Of a stretch of 64,000 nucleotides of DNA, positions 49,360-62,566 are shown one piece after another. The translations under genes and the position numbers were made by a program. Position 1 is the stretch's first letter, and each line of letters opens with the position of its first letter. The notes beneath the pieces were generated by a model. That model did not search any database. It was not told the origin of the DNA and worked only from the letters and a program-made list of their open reading frames with translations. The stretch comes from Eledone cirrhosa (Eukaryota): assembly GCA_964016885.1 (NCBI GenBank), contig OZ024753.1:29822001-29886000 (forward strand). Reading direction: 5' to 3'.

Positions 49360-50342
49360 TAATAATTGTTTCTACTTTTGGCACAAGGCCAGCAATTACC
49401 CAGTACATTACTGGTACTTTATTTTATCGACCCCGTAAGGATGAAAGGCAAAGTTAACCTCAACGGGATTTGAACTCGGACCGTAAAGGGAGGTAACTAT
49501 GCTGGAAAGCATAGCATCCGACCCTCTACCAATACTGCCAATTCACCTCCCTTACAACATCAATAATAATAATAATAATTTCAATAATAATAATAATGAT
49601 GCAAGCAGGGAAAAGCGGACGTAAAATGATGATGATGATGATTTCTACTGTAGGCAAAAGGCCAGCAATTTGAAAGAGAGGGGAAAGTGCATTACTTTCA
49701 AGTGCATTACTTTATTCTATCAACCTCGTAATGATGAAAGGCAAAGCTAACCTCGGTGGGATTTGAACACAGTGTAAAGGGCCATAACTATGCCGCAAAG
49801 CATGGTGTCCTGTGCTCTACCGATACTGCCAATCCACTGCCCTAATAATTGTTTCTACTTTTGGCACAAGGCCAACAATTACCCAGTGAATTACTGGTAC
49901 TTTATTTCATCGACCCCGTGAGCATGAAAGGCAAAGTTAACCTCGACGGGATTTGAACTCAGAATGGCAAGGACCGTAACTCTATGCGTCAAAGCATGGC
50001 GTCCGACCCTCTACCGATACTGCCAATCCACCGCCTCACTGCCCTAATAATGATAATTGTTTCTACTTTTGGCACAAGGTTTGCAATTTGAAAGGGAAAA
50101 GTTGGTTAAATCGATCCAGTGCATTACTGGTACTTTATTTTATCAATAACAATAATAATTGTTTCTACTTTAGGCACAAGGCCAGCAATTACCCAGTGCA
50201 TTACTGGTACTTTATTTTATCGACCCCGTAAGGATGAAAGGCAAAGTCAACCTCGGCGGGATTTGAACTCAGATCGTAAAGGGACATAACTATGCTGGAA
50301 AGCATGGCATCTGACCCTCTACCGATACTGCCAATCCACCTA
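49360..50342 (-). mobile_element. Head-to-tail cluster of about five SINE-B copies
   Basis: Repeated AATTGTTTCTACTTTTGGCACAAGGCC...CGATACTGCCAATCCACC units separated by (AAT)n. Confidence 0.9.
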
Positions 50343-52854
50343 ATTATCCCAGACAATATACTGTTTTGTAAATGTACTAGAGCTTAAAGTATAATTCTAG
50401 CATTTTTAGTATTTCCTTTGTAATCTTCATTGTTTTTGATATATTTGTTGTCTAGCACTGGCCAGTTTACAGTTCTACTGTGATGTTTGTTTAATGTCAA
50501 TTTATATTATGTGAATCTTGTTCTGAATTATTCTAATGCCTAGCTCTGGTCAGTGAAATTTAGGAGATATTTCTATCATATTTTCTAACATCCATATTTT
50601 TCGCCTGTGAATTATTCTACTTTGAGGTTTCCAGATGCCCAACACACTGGCCATTTATTACAGTGTCATAGAACAAGTTTCCCTTAGCTCAAATTAACGT
50701 CAATGACCTGTTTGCTAAGGGAATTTCAAAATAAATCCCTTCAACTCTAAACAGTTATTTCATCCTGATGAATTTACTTTTGGGTAAATTGCTTTTAGTA
50801 ATTCTCTCTGTAACTATGTCTGTCTGTCTAGCTATTGTTCTATATTGCCTTTTGATCATTTCACTTGTGTTTCAGCTAATTTGATTTTGCCTATTACACA
50901 CAGACATTCATGCACACACACATTACTTGAAGTAATTCACATGGGCAAATTCCATGTTGGTTTATTTGTTTCATCTTAAAAGTTTATTACTGTAACATTA
51001 CATAATAAACTATTATCATATTTCTTGTACTGACATCATTCACAGAACCCTCTTTCACAGTCATATCTAATTTATGCAATGTAGTATAGACACAGAGACA
51101 AATGAAGAATATAATGTCAGTTGGTTTCATTTCTCTTGTATATTAACCATTGTTTGTTATATCAAAACTAGTTTCATTGAAGGAAGGTAAAAAGTCAATC
51201 TGTGTGGAATTTAAACAAAGAATCTTATGATAACCAAATAGACCAAACTAAATCTCATAAGACATTTGGTTTTGCTCTTTATCATATGTGCATATTTGTA
51301 TGAATATAAGAAAAAAATATGTGAGAATTAAGTAGAGATTGAATACACATCTGATCTGCACCAAACAATTTTTTTAACAAATCACCAACTGATTGATCAT
51401 TCACCAATCCAGTTTTTCATACTGATATAATACAAATTGTCATAATCTTTTAGTCATTAGACTGCAGCTATGCTGGAGCATAGCTTTGATTCAACCTCAG
51501 TAGTTATTTTTCAAGTCTAGTACTTATTTCATCAATCTCTTTTTTGTCGAACCACTAATTTACAGGCATAGTGAAACTTAGACAAAAATATAAACATAGA
51601 CCATAAACACACAAATATAGACATGCAGACACACACACACACACTATGGCCTTTTTCAGTTCTTATCTATTAAATTCCACTCACAAGACATTGGTCAGTC
51701 CAAAGCTATAGTAGAAGACACCTGCTCAAGGTTGAACGTGTAATGTTTATTTTCCATAGATGAGTTGTGTGCTGAAGCCAGACCGATCAGGTGACCACAT
51801 CCTACTTGTACACTTCGGTTTGGCTTGGTTTCTATGGCTGGATGTCTTTAATGCTAACCACTCTACCACATGTTCTGGGAGCATTTTACTGTGACTCCAG
51901 CACTACCACCTTATTAAATCAACCCCTGTAAGGCAAAGCTAACCTTGGTGGGATTTGAACTCAGAATGTAAAGAAGGGCCATTACTCTATGCCGCAAATC
52001 AGGTTGTCTTACGCGATACTGCCAATCCACTGCCCTTTTTAGTAAATAATCTCAATATAATATATATTCTCTGTAACTTAGCAGTTAGACAAATCTATAA
52101 ACTAGTAAATACCAAACCGAGATAAGTAGTGCAGTGGATATGATTGGCTAAACCTGCAAAAGTGGTGCCCCAGCATAGCTGCTGTATAATGACTGAGGCC
52201 AGGAAAAGAGAAGTATACACCCCCTTATACACATACAGACACACACAAACACTTTTTCTTATATGCACACTCATATACATACATTTTTCATCTGCAAATG
52301 TTCTTCCCCCCTCTCTCTCACAGAGCAGACCAGATGGCTTACTCTCATAAATTATATAGCCCTGCCTGTGTTTTTCAGAAATGGACTTGGCTCTACAGAA
52401 ATAAATAAATAACATTTTCTGCGTATTTAAGTTTTTTTTTTAATCTGAAGAGGAAATTTTGTTTTTATTTTTATATATTTCAGTTTGTAAGGTTTTAGAG
52501 AAGATATCTCTAAAAGATTCACTAAACTGTAGTTAACTTACACTGTATGGGGAGGGATAGTAACACCAGCAATAAAATTATCAGTAGTAGTAGTAGTAAG
52601 AGTATGAATGAATGGGAAGGTGAATGGGCTTAATAATATCATGCCTGTTCCTTGTTCATATACGAGTCTAACCCAGTGTCAATTGATAATTACTATAGCA
52701 ATTGTGGATGTGTGAGAGTAAGGCATGAATTAGAACACATGTTCAATTATTGAATTTTTTTTCTTTATGTCTATATCTGCCTATCTCCATCTCTTTATTT
52801 CTCTCTCACATTATATATATATATAAATTTTTTTTTTTTTTTACGTCCGCTTTT

Positions 52855-53040
52855 CCTTGCTTAAACGGCACAGTACATGGAAGAAATATATTAGTTTAAC
52901 TCTTGTAATGGCAGGAAGAGAGTCTGAATCTTTTGGACATTAGTACTTCATCAGAAGATAGAATTAGAAATAGAAAGTAAAGAGTGATGAGAGGAAGGAA
53001 TGGGGGGAAAAGGAGAAAAAAAAACATGCATATTCAGTTG
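52855..53040 (-). mobile_element. Penelope-like terminal fragment, degenerate hammerhead
   Basis: Minus strand CTGATGAAGTACTAATGTCCAAAAG followed by GAGTTAAACTAATA...GTACTG, as at 31.0 and 55.7 kb. Confidence 0.5.
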
Positions 53041-53165
53041 GCCATCTTATATATATATATATATAATTATTAATAATAATAAAATTGAAGACTAGGTTAG
53101 TTTCAGAAGATCCCATTAAGGGTGAAAGCAGCGATTCTTTGCTTAAACTTTAATCTGTTATTTTA

Positions 53166-53205
<40 letters not shown>

Positions 53206-53291
53206 GCTCAGAACCGATCAAAAATTATTCTTGATTCATTTCATCTTGTTTCAGCTATTGTGAAGACAAACAGTTGGGCTTGGTCTTTGGT

Positions 53292-53478
53292 TTAACCCCA
53301 TAGCATTTAAACCGGTCTCACCTCTTTCTGTTCAAACCAGCTGCTCATACTTATGTTAAGGTATTGTTTGCAAAGTAAATAATATCAAAATCTCGTAGAT
53401 TCGATATTATGTGAGATAATGTGTTTACCGTGAAAATGCAATAGTAAATATAGAGTAATGTAAATGTTAAAGGGTCAA
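53292..53478 (+). mobile_element. TTAA MITE family 1 (internal deletions)
   Basis: TIRs and internal consensus. Confidence 0.8.
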
Positions 53479-55019
53479 GGATACTCTCTGCTCTTTCCAC
53501 CTGTCTCAGAAACCCTAAAAAGGTCATGGGAACTGCCCTTCCCCCTGACTAAATTTTAGGGCTAGAGGTTACAAGCAACCCAGCTAAGAAACTGAATCTC
53601 ACAAGACAATCGATTTTGTTGTATATTTGTTTTGTGTTTGTTCATACCTGATAACAGAGATGGCAGTTTCAAGATTGTGTTTCAACCGTGAATCTTGTTA
53701 CTGTATCCAGTTGGGTTTTTGGGAGTGGTTGGTTAGATATTTAGTTTTAAAAGCTCTGTATGTTGGAACAAAGAATGAGAATATGTCATTGATCAACGGA
53801 ACATCACTTCACAAATTTAGAATATAAAATTCAAACATATTTTTATTTGAAAAGTATCAGAAATGATTGTGTACATTTTTAGTTAATATTTGACCTATGA
53901 TACAGAATGTAAACTTTGTTTTATGTCTTTTTTTATCTCATTGTTTGCTGTAGCAACATGCTTGTCATTGCAGCATGTTTGTCAGTGAAAACTGTGCTTC
54001 ATTATCATAATCATCCTCAAAGAAACTGTTGTATGTGATGCTTATGATGATGATGATGACAAAATGGGTAGCATTGATAGTGTTAATAGCAGTAGTATCA
54101 GCTGCAGTTGTTGTGATAATGGTATTACTATCAACATTGCCTAGTTATAATGCTGTTTGTGATAATAGATATAGAAATAAAGCCAACGGTCAAATGAATT
54201 ATGGTGAACATTTTTCTAAAGCAAAAAGAAAAATAGTTGTTTTATGTATGGTGGTTGGTGGTAGGAGGGGAATCTAGCTGTAGAAACAATGCCAAGAAAG
54301 GGTCAACAGAACTCTTCAGTTGTATCAAGGGCACAACATCCTCCCTAGTGTTGGTGTCATAACTGCATCCAGTATACTCAATACAGCTGTAAATATAAAC
54401 ATGCCAAAGAAAGGGTCAGGAGAACTCTTCAGTTGTATCAAGGGCACAACATCCTCCCTAGTGTTGCTGACATGATAACTGCATCTAATATACCACTGTA
54501 GAGTGGTTGGTAACAGGAAGGACATCCAGCTGTAAAAAAAAAAATTGCCAAACAAAGGGTCGGTTGTATCAAAAACATAACGTTCCTAGCGCATCTGGTG
54601 CATTTCATAGAGTGCAGAAACATGTTAGCTAGATGGAGACTTCTGAGAGGTCAGTAGCTCTGATTAACTACTGACTTGGTCTGTGATGACCCATCCAATC
54701 CTTGCTAGCAGGAAAACTGATGATGATTTGTGTAGAACTAAATATCATAAATTGGTTGAAATATGTATAGGAATATATCATACACAGTACTTTAAAACAG
54801 ATGTCTCCGTAATTTTAATGACTTGTTAGGTAACAAACTTAGTCTTCTAATGATAAAAAAAAAGGCAAATGTTAATTATGTTGTGTTTGTGTATTTTATA
54901 ACATAGGTTCTGAATTAGATTATTAAAAAAAAAGCTGATAGGTTTTCTGTATTTTCTTTGTGTGTGCGTTTATATATTGTATATATATGGATGTGTGTGT
55001 GTATATATATATATATATT

Positions 55020-55684
55020 ATACGTGAACGGCAAAGCATAAACGAACTAAGGAAAAAATTAGAGATAAGAGGGATCAGATGTTGTTTACTCGAGAGAAGG
55101 CTGCGTTGGTATGGACACGTGATGCGCATGAAAGTCGATAGCTGTATTACAAAGTGCAGGGCAATAAAGATAGACGGTAGCAACGGAATAGGCAGACCTA
55201 GAAAAACATGGGATGAGCTGATAAACTCCGACCTCACACACTTACACCTCTCCAAGACAATGTCACTGGACCGTGACCTTTGGCGGTACTCAGTAACAGA
55301 GAAGACCCGCCTTGCCAGTAGGCATCTCTAACAAAATACACCCCGTCCCGTCACCACCCCCACCCCATCCACACCACCCCGTTCTATGTAAAGTTATGTT
55401 GGTGCCGCGCCATCCAGGCCGAAACAAATGAGATCGTGTAGGTGTCACGACAAAAAAACACACAGTCCACGCTGTAATGTGGCCGTGTAGGCAACACGGT
55501 AAAAACCTCCCAGACCCACACTGTAAATGTGGTTGGTGTTAGGAAGGGCATCCAACTGTAGAAAACCTGCCAGACAGTCCTATGCGAGCAAGACAATCAC
55601 TCTTGCCTCAAGTGGGACTACCCCCATCCAAACCCATGCAAGCGTGGAACACGGACGTTAAACGTTGATGATGATGATGATGAT
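55020..55684 (+). mobile_element. 5'-truncated RTE LINE
   Basis: ORF end RERQSINELRKKLEIRGI...RRLRWYGHVMRM; 3' UTR shared with the 57025 copy; (TGA)n tail. Confidence 0.92.
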
Positions 55685-55687
55685 ATA

Positions 55688-56085
55688 TAGTGAAAAATGG
55701 AACGGGAACAAAACAGAGAGGCAGTACGAACAAAGGTTTATTAGTTTCACGCTCTTGAGAGGGGGGGGGTGACGTTTCGGGCATAAGCCCTTCAGGCGAA
55801 AAGTGTGTGGGAAGAGAGTTCCGAGGGTGTGTAGGGGAGTGAAGTAGAGACATTTAGAAAAGGGGGGGGGACGGTGGAAGGGGTACAAATAAAAATAAAT
55901 ATAAAAAAAATAAAAATAAACATGAAGATAAACAAGTGGTGGAAGGGTGTGGGGCGTGTAGGGGTGGTGATGAGTGGGGAGAGGGAGGTGGGGTGTCCGA
56001 GCGGGGAGGGCTGAAGGTGGTGTATGTGTGTGTGTGTATGTGAATGTGAGAGTTGAGGGAACCCACACAGATTAAACAATCATGA
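55688..56085 (-). mobile_element. Penelope-like pseudo-LTR fragment with hammerhead-like motif and poly(A) signal
   Basis: Minus strand CTGAA-GGGC-TTAT-GCCC-GAAACGTC (55771-55795), AATAAA at 55742-55737, and a pyrimidine/CA-rich upstream tract. Confidence 0.6.
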
Positions 56086-56477
56086 TGATATGTATGTATG
56101 TGTAAAATATATGTGTATGTAATGTATGAACAGATGAACATATGTTTTTGTAGTTTTTAGGCTAGTGGGCTGTGGTCATACTAAAGAACTGTCATATTAC
56201 TTCTTAATTCTGAGCTGTATTTATTTTTGTGGAACAGATTCAATATTGTATTAGAACTTAAGATAATGGTGTCTTTATTTTTTTTATTGTTGGATGACTA
56301 TTGCAAAAAACATTTTACCAAGTTGCCAACAAAGTTATTTTCGACTCTCTCCAGACAACAACTTTTGGATATCAAATATTTTTTTGTGTAACCTTTTTGT
56401 TTCTGTATTTCTAATGAAATACTTTACATTTTAATTAATTAATGAAGCATTTGGATTTATTTAATTTTATACTATTC

Positions 56478-56840
56478 CCATTACTCTATATTTACTATTG
56501 TATTTTCATAGAAAAGACTTTATATCACATAATATCGAATCTATGAGATTTTGATATTATTTTTAGAACAATACATTAATGTTGGTATGAGTGGCCAGTT
56601 ATGGCTGGTTTGAACAGAAAGAGGTGAGAAAATTCTGACCGGATACGACTGATTTAAATGCAAAAAGTATTAAACTATAATTTCATTAAGATGGTATTTG
56701 TAACATAACTAAATGTTCTTGTATAAAATTATTTTGGAAGATTTTAATTTCAGTAGGAGCCCTTTAAAATTAGCATCTTTAAAAAATTTATTTTTAACAG
56801 AAACGATTTTGGGTGGATGGGTTGGTGTCAAAAGGGTTAA
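56478..56840 (-). mobile_element. Adjacent TTAA MITEs (family 1, then family 2)
   Basis: Family 1 body to about 56674, then a body ending GGGTTGGTGTCAAAAGGGTTAA. Confidence 0.7.
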
Positions 56841-56985
56841 AAATATATTGTCAACTTCTAACAGCACAATAGATATTTGTTTTGTGCAAAACCTTACTGG
56901 AAGAACAACAGTACAATTTATTATATATATATATATCTCATCATCATCATCATGCCCACTTTATAGTGTGGGCATATATTTATAT

Positions 56986-57024
<39 letters not shown>

Positions 57025-57028
<4 letters not shown>

Positions 57029-58084
57029 ATATGTGGCCGGTGCTCTGGTGCAATAAGTAGCAACAAGTGCCCACAGAATACTAACTCATTCCATTGCACA
57101 GATGGTTCTATAGAAATAGTGGACAGCTTCCGTTACCTGGGTGACAAAATTAGCAGTGGGGGAGGGTGCTCTGAAAGTACAGTAGCTAGAGTCAGAACGG
57201 GATGGAAAAAGTTCAGAGAGCTTATACCACTATTGGCCGCTAAAGGGTTCTCTCTAAAAATGAAAGGCAGGCTGTATGATGCCTGCATACGAACAGCAAT
57301 GTTACATGGCAGTGAGACCTGGGCATTGTGTGCAGAGGATATACGAAGACTGGAGAGAAACGAAGCTTGCATGCTCCGCTGGATGTGTAATAGTAATATA
57401 CGTGAACGGCAAAGCATAAACAAACTAAGGGAGAAATTAGAAATAAGAGGGATCAGATGTTGTTTACTCGAGAGAAGACTACGTTGGTATGGTCACGTGA
57501 TGCGCATGAAAGACGACAGCTGTATAAAAAAGTGCAGGGCAATAAAAATAGACGGTAGCCATGGAGTAGGGAGACCCAGAAAAACCTGGGACGACTTGAT
57601 AAATTCCGACCTCATACACTTACACCTCTCCAAGACAATGTCACTGGACCGAGATCTTTGGCGCTACACAGTACTAGAGAAGACCCGCCTTACCTAAGTG
57701 CAAAGTGAAACCTACTACAGTCAGTAGGCACCTCTAACAAAATACACCCCCCCGTCCCACCACCCCCACCCCATCCACACCACCCCTCTCAATGTAAAGT
57801 TATGTTGGTACCACAACATCCAGCCCGAAACAAACGAGGTCGTGTAGGTGTCACGACAAAAAAACACACAGTCCACGCTGTAATGTGGCCGTGTAGGTAA
57901 CACGGTAAAAACCTCCCAGTTCCACACTGTAAATGTGGTTGGTGTTAGGAAGGGCATCCAGCCGTAGAAAACACGCCAGACAGTCCTATGCGAGCAAGAC
58001 AACCACTCTTGCCTCAAGTGGGGGAAACTCCCGTCCAAACCCATGCGAGCGTGGAATATGGATGTTAAATGATGATGATGATGA

Positions 58085-58087
<3 letters not shown>
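57025..58087 (+). mobile_element. Young 5'-truncated RTE LINE with an open C-terminal ORF (57026-57697)
   Basis: About 223 uninterrupted codons: FICGRC...IEIVDSFRYLGDKISSGGGC...LHGSETWA...RRLRWYGHVMRM...GRPRKTW. (TGA)n tail; (TA)n on both sides. Confidence 0.95.
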
Positions 58088-58140
<53 letters not shown>

Positions 58141-58639
58141 GTGGTGTTATTTGGAGTTAATTTAAGAAAATTTCCTTTTTTTTTTATTGACATTTTAAAG
58201 TTGTTGCTTTGCTTCGTGATGGGTTAAATATTTTAGAGTGAAATTATTCTTGTTTCTGCTAAAAGAAGAAAAAAGTATTTCAGAATTGTTCATTCATGTT
58301 GAATTATTTAAAACTGCTTTGGCTCATTTATCAGGTATTGTGATGTTTTAAAGAAAATCTATTCTGTTATGTTTCTACTGAAAATATATATGACCAGTAC
58401 AAACAGAATGAATAGATGTGATTAAAAACACTCTAGATATTTTTTGTATTATTTTTTTCTTTGGTTTTGACATTTCTAGAGTTAATGTTTTCCCTTCCCT
58501 ATTTGACAATTGAAAAACAGCTACTTATTTCTGTATCAGACATGGAATAATAACAGACTTAAATTAAATAAACTTTTACATTTTTTTTCCCATCATTTTT
58601 ACTCAGAAACAAATGGATTTAATTATTTACAGTTGAGAT

Positions 58640-58981
58640 GGAGGCACATGGCTTAGTGGTTAGAGCATTGGCCTTGCAATCGAAAGGTTGTGAGTTCAAT
58701 TCTCAGACCAGGTGATGTGTTGTTTCCTTGAGCAAGACACTTTATTTCACATTGCTCCAGTTTACTCAGCTGTAGAAATGAGATGATAGGGACTGGTGTC
58801 CCTATCATTCCACTGCAAAGTGGTCGCATAGGTGCCACGGAAAAAAAAGAAGCACCCAGCATTCACTGTAAATGAGGTTGGTGTTAGGAAGGGCATCCAG
58901 CTGTAGAAATCAAGCCAGAATCAGTTCCCGTCCCACCCTTGCAAGCAGGGAAAAGCGGACATAAAATGATGATGATGATGA
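58640..58981 (+). mobile_element. SINE family A, full length
   Basis: Matches the 35600 copy. Confidence 0.92.
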
Positions 58982-59108
58982 GTTGTGAAGCACTGGACAA
59001 CATTCTGACAATGCTGACTGAGTTCTTTATTACTTGAATGGTTGTCTTTTGGGGTTTTTTCTGGATGAAATTTCATCATAGTTGACCTAGTCTTTCATTC
59101 TTCTGCAC

Positions 59109-59511
59109 CAGAGGTTCTCAAAGTGGGCACTACCCCCCTCCCCCTCCTGTGGGCATTGAGAAAGGTCCAGGGGGCACTGGCGTCTAAGGGTGCAGGAATG
59201 GAGGTGGCAGAGATGATTATATTATATTGAATATTAAATAATACATATTATATATAAATATGGTAAAACAAAAAATCTATAATATTTATTTATACATAGT
59301 GCCCCAGCATGGCCTCAGCCGGATGGCTAGAACAAGTAAAAGAATAAAAGAATAGTATATATTATATTATTTTATAAATTAATGATTTTATTTATTGTAT
59401 ATTATTTACAATTTGCATGTAGACAGGTCTCTTTGGAAATAGGGTTGGAGGGTGCTGAGGGTATTATGTTGCCGTGAGGGGCCGATTGTTCAAAAGGTTT
59501 CAGAACCACTG
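59109..59511. mobile_element. hAT/Charlie-type MITE
   Basis: TIRs CAGAGGTTCTCAAA / TTTCAGAACCACTG with a degenerate 8-bp TSD TTCTGCAC / TTTTGAAC; contains a SINE 3' end at about 59298-59354. Confidence 0.7.
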
Positions 59512-60245
59512 TTTTGAACAGTGGCATTTCATATGAGGGGGAGACTGTAGTCTAGGTTCAAAACCAACTAGGAATATGATTATAATAAGTCATTTATTTA
59601 TATTTGAATAGAATGTAAAGGTAGATATCGTCATTATATCTGACATTTATTATGGGGGAGCTTATAAAAAGGGATTTATCTTACAAAGCTCATTATTTAT
59701 TGTTACTGTTAGTGTAAATAGCTTTATGGTATTATAAAGTTAAATGAAATATCGAAACTTCACTGTTGTCTTTTCACTGATTTCTATATTATTTTGCTTC
59801 CAGTGAATGTTAGGTTTCAGCTGAAATCTCTAACCTATATTTCTAGATTCCTATATCATAGTAAAAACAATTTAATAGAAAAAGAAAAAAAAAATTAGAT
59901 TGAGAAGAAAGAATGGAATGTAAAATAAGAAAATATAATAAAACAGAAAAGGAAAGGAAAAGCAAGGACTCTATTGCCACAGAAGTATGGGGAGGGGGAA
60001 GGTGATGGTTTCTGGGCCTAGGGTGTAGCGGTAATGGGGCTGCGCCATGCAAACAATGGCCAGTGTCACCCACTGCAACAGCCACCCCACAATAAGGGAC
60101 TCCTTCCTCATGGGCTGCTGATGTTCTGATCTTGTGGAGGAGCTTGCCAGTAAACTATTGTTTGATTTGTAAAAGTTGAGTTTTTCTACTTACCTTCTTT
60201 ACCCTTTTGATACCAACCCACCTCAAACTGCCCCTGGTCTCTAGT

Positions 60246-60538
60246 GGAGGCATGTAGTCTAGTGGTAAGGGTGTTGGACTTATGATCAAAATGTCATGGG
60301 TTCAATTCTTGAGCTGGGTTGTGTGTTCTATTCTTGAGCAAAACACTTCATTTCATGTTGCTCCAGTACATACAGCTGAAAATGAGTACCAGCAATAGCT
60401 GGGGGTTTAACCCTGTGACGGATTGGCATCCTGTCTAGGGGGAAGTCTTGTACTCTCAGTCGCTTCATACCACAAAACCGGGATAAGCACTGGCCTGACA
60501 AGCCTCCTTGAGACAGACTTTAGACTAAACTTAGACTA
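60246..60538 (+). mobile_element. Older CORE-type tRNA-SINE with non-RTE 3' domain
   Basis: Head and CORE-like part align to family A, then AACCCTGTGACGGATTGGCATCCTGTCTAGGGGG...GTCGCTTCAT...AAACCGGGATAAGC and a TAGACT-type tail. Confidence 0.75.
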
Positions 60539-60580
60539 TATTGTTTGATTTATAGGAGTTGAGTTCTTCTACTTACCTTC

Positions 60581-60828
60581 TTAACCCTTTTGATACCAAC
60601 TCACCTCAAACTGCCTCTGGTTTCTATGAAACAAAACCATCCAATTTAAAGGGATTCTATTTAAATTAAAATTTCTCAACATAATTTGATATAGTTAGTT
60701 GAGTTATGTTACAAATACAATCTTATTAATGGAATAATTGAAAAAAGTTTACTAAATCCCTACAAATTTCTTAATTAATTAATTCAAACAGAGTGTATTT
60801 CATTATAAATATGGCAATGAAAGGCTTA
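60581..60828 (+). mobile_element. TTAA MITE family 2
   Basis: TTAACCCTTTTGATACCAAC ... AATATGGCAATGAAAGGCTTAA; a related fold-back element lies at about 61373-61790. Confidence 0.65.
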
Positions 60829-61088
60829 ATGAAATAGAAACATTTGCAGACTGTTGTTCCTATTGTTTGTTCTACTACACGGTAGAATGGTTCAATCGTT
60901 ATTATAAGTGAAATAAATGAAAGTCTTTAGTTCACTGACCAGTTGGTAATGCACTACCCACCACCACTGTTTTGTTTTAGCCAATGGTGGACAAAGTAAA
61001 CAAACCTAAATGAAGTGGATATATATTCCTGAATTAATGGAAACACTATAACATGGAAGGTATTAGGTTAATAATATAAATGTAGTCT

Positions 61089-61302
61089 TTAACCTTTTAG
61101 CATTTACATTACTATATATACGACTGTATTTTTGTGGTAAATGCTTTTTCTCACATGATATCGAATCTACGAGATTTTGATGTTATTTATTTTGAGAACA
61201 ATACCTCAACGTCAGTATGAATGGCTGGTTACAGCCAGTTTGAACAGAAAGAGGTGAGAGAATTCTGGCTGCATATGGCCAGTTTAAATGCTAAAGGGTT
61301 AA
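61089..61302 (-). mobile_element. TTAA MITE family 1
   Basis: TIRs and internal consensus. Confidence 0.88.
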
Positions 61303-62566
61303 ATGTGCTAGAAAGGAAATCAGTTCATTTGGTTCAAGAGCATAAAGTTTCTTCAATTAAAATATAATTAATATAACTCTTTCATTACCATATTTGAAAT
61401 GAAATATAATGCCTCTAATTTTTAATAAATTTTTTTTTAAATATTTGAAAATTTGGAAGGATTTAGTATTATAACTAACTTCTTAACACTAGCTTATTAA
61501 TGAAAAAGTTAGTTATATTACAAAATCCATCCAAATTCTTGTTTATTAAAAAAATTATTCGAAAATCATAGGCAGTATCTTTCATTAAAAATATGGTAAC
61601 AGATGGGTTTCAAAAATTAAAATATGATATATCTTGATGTATTTTTCTTTCCTTCATCTCTAACCTATCATATGGCAGTAGTGGGATTAAATATTGTACC
61701 TAAATCCCCCCAAATTCTTGTTTATTTTTAACATTATTTTAAAAACGTAGGCAGTGTATTTCATAAGAAATATGGTAATGAAAGGATTAAACATACACTG
61801 AATATTTGATAATGTATTTATTTCATATTCTGTTTAGCTTTATCCAAATTACAGATTAATGATTAGAACTAAAGAGGGGTGTACCTACATTATAGTGATT
61901 AGGTTTCAGTCTCTTGACCAGTCTTGCTGTCATCTTCAGGAAAAATGTTGTAGAGAGAGAGAGAAACAGAGGGAGTGAGACAAGCATGAGTCATATATTC
62001 ACTATGGCTCTATGTACAGATGAGGAAGGAAAAAAAATACTTGCCTGCTTGCAGTAAATGGTGTTGGAAATGAGCGTTGATCATATGGCAGGAAGTTAGT
62101 GCTGCATGGGTGGGGAGATTAATTGTCAAGATGATTATCGTTGGTAGAGAGATGTGTTTTCTGTTAGTGGAGATATTGTAGGCTGTCCAAAAAGTTCAGG
62201 AAACCTGAGTATTGCTGTAGTTGTGTATTGACTAATGCCTCTCTCTGCACAGCTGTCGATTTGGTTCTGCTTTGTTGGAAACAAAGAATCAGGCAGGAGT
62301 GTCTGACAGTTAGTGGAAACCATGATAAGCATGTTATATATGATAGAATGAATGATGCTAAGATTCTCTGATATCCTATAGCTGAGAGTGAATTGGATGA
62401 GTTGTATAGTAGTAGGTCAACCCTGATTCAAGCAGACCCATGATCAAAAGCATTCCAACCATAATTACTCCAGTCTTTCTTTTACTTCTTCTTTTTTTCC
62501 CAGACATAGTATATTTGGGACTATATTATCCAATGTGTCTTTAATTAGTCAAGACACCATATCACC

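Noticed and set aside
54289-54487. Tandem duplication of about 85 bp
   Set aside because: It consists of decayed fragments of the RTE/SINE-associated repeat also seen at 34.6 and 63.7 kb.
56882-57697. 271-aa ORF as a host gene
   Set aside because: The N-terminus is (TA)n translation and the remainder is an RTE LINE C-terminus.
61902-61939. Hammerhead-like CTGAAGATG...GAAAC on the minus strand
   Set aside because: Stem II and stem III pairing is not convincing; at most a decayed Penelope-like relic.
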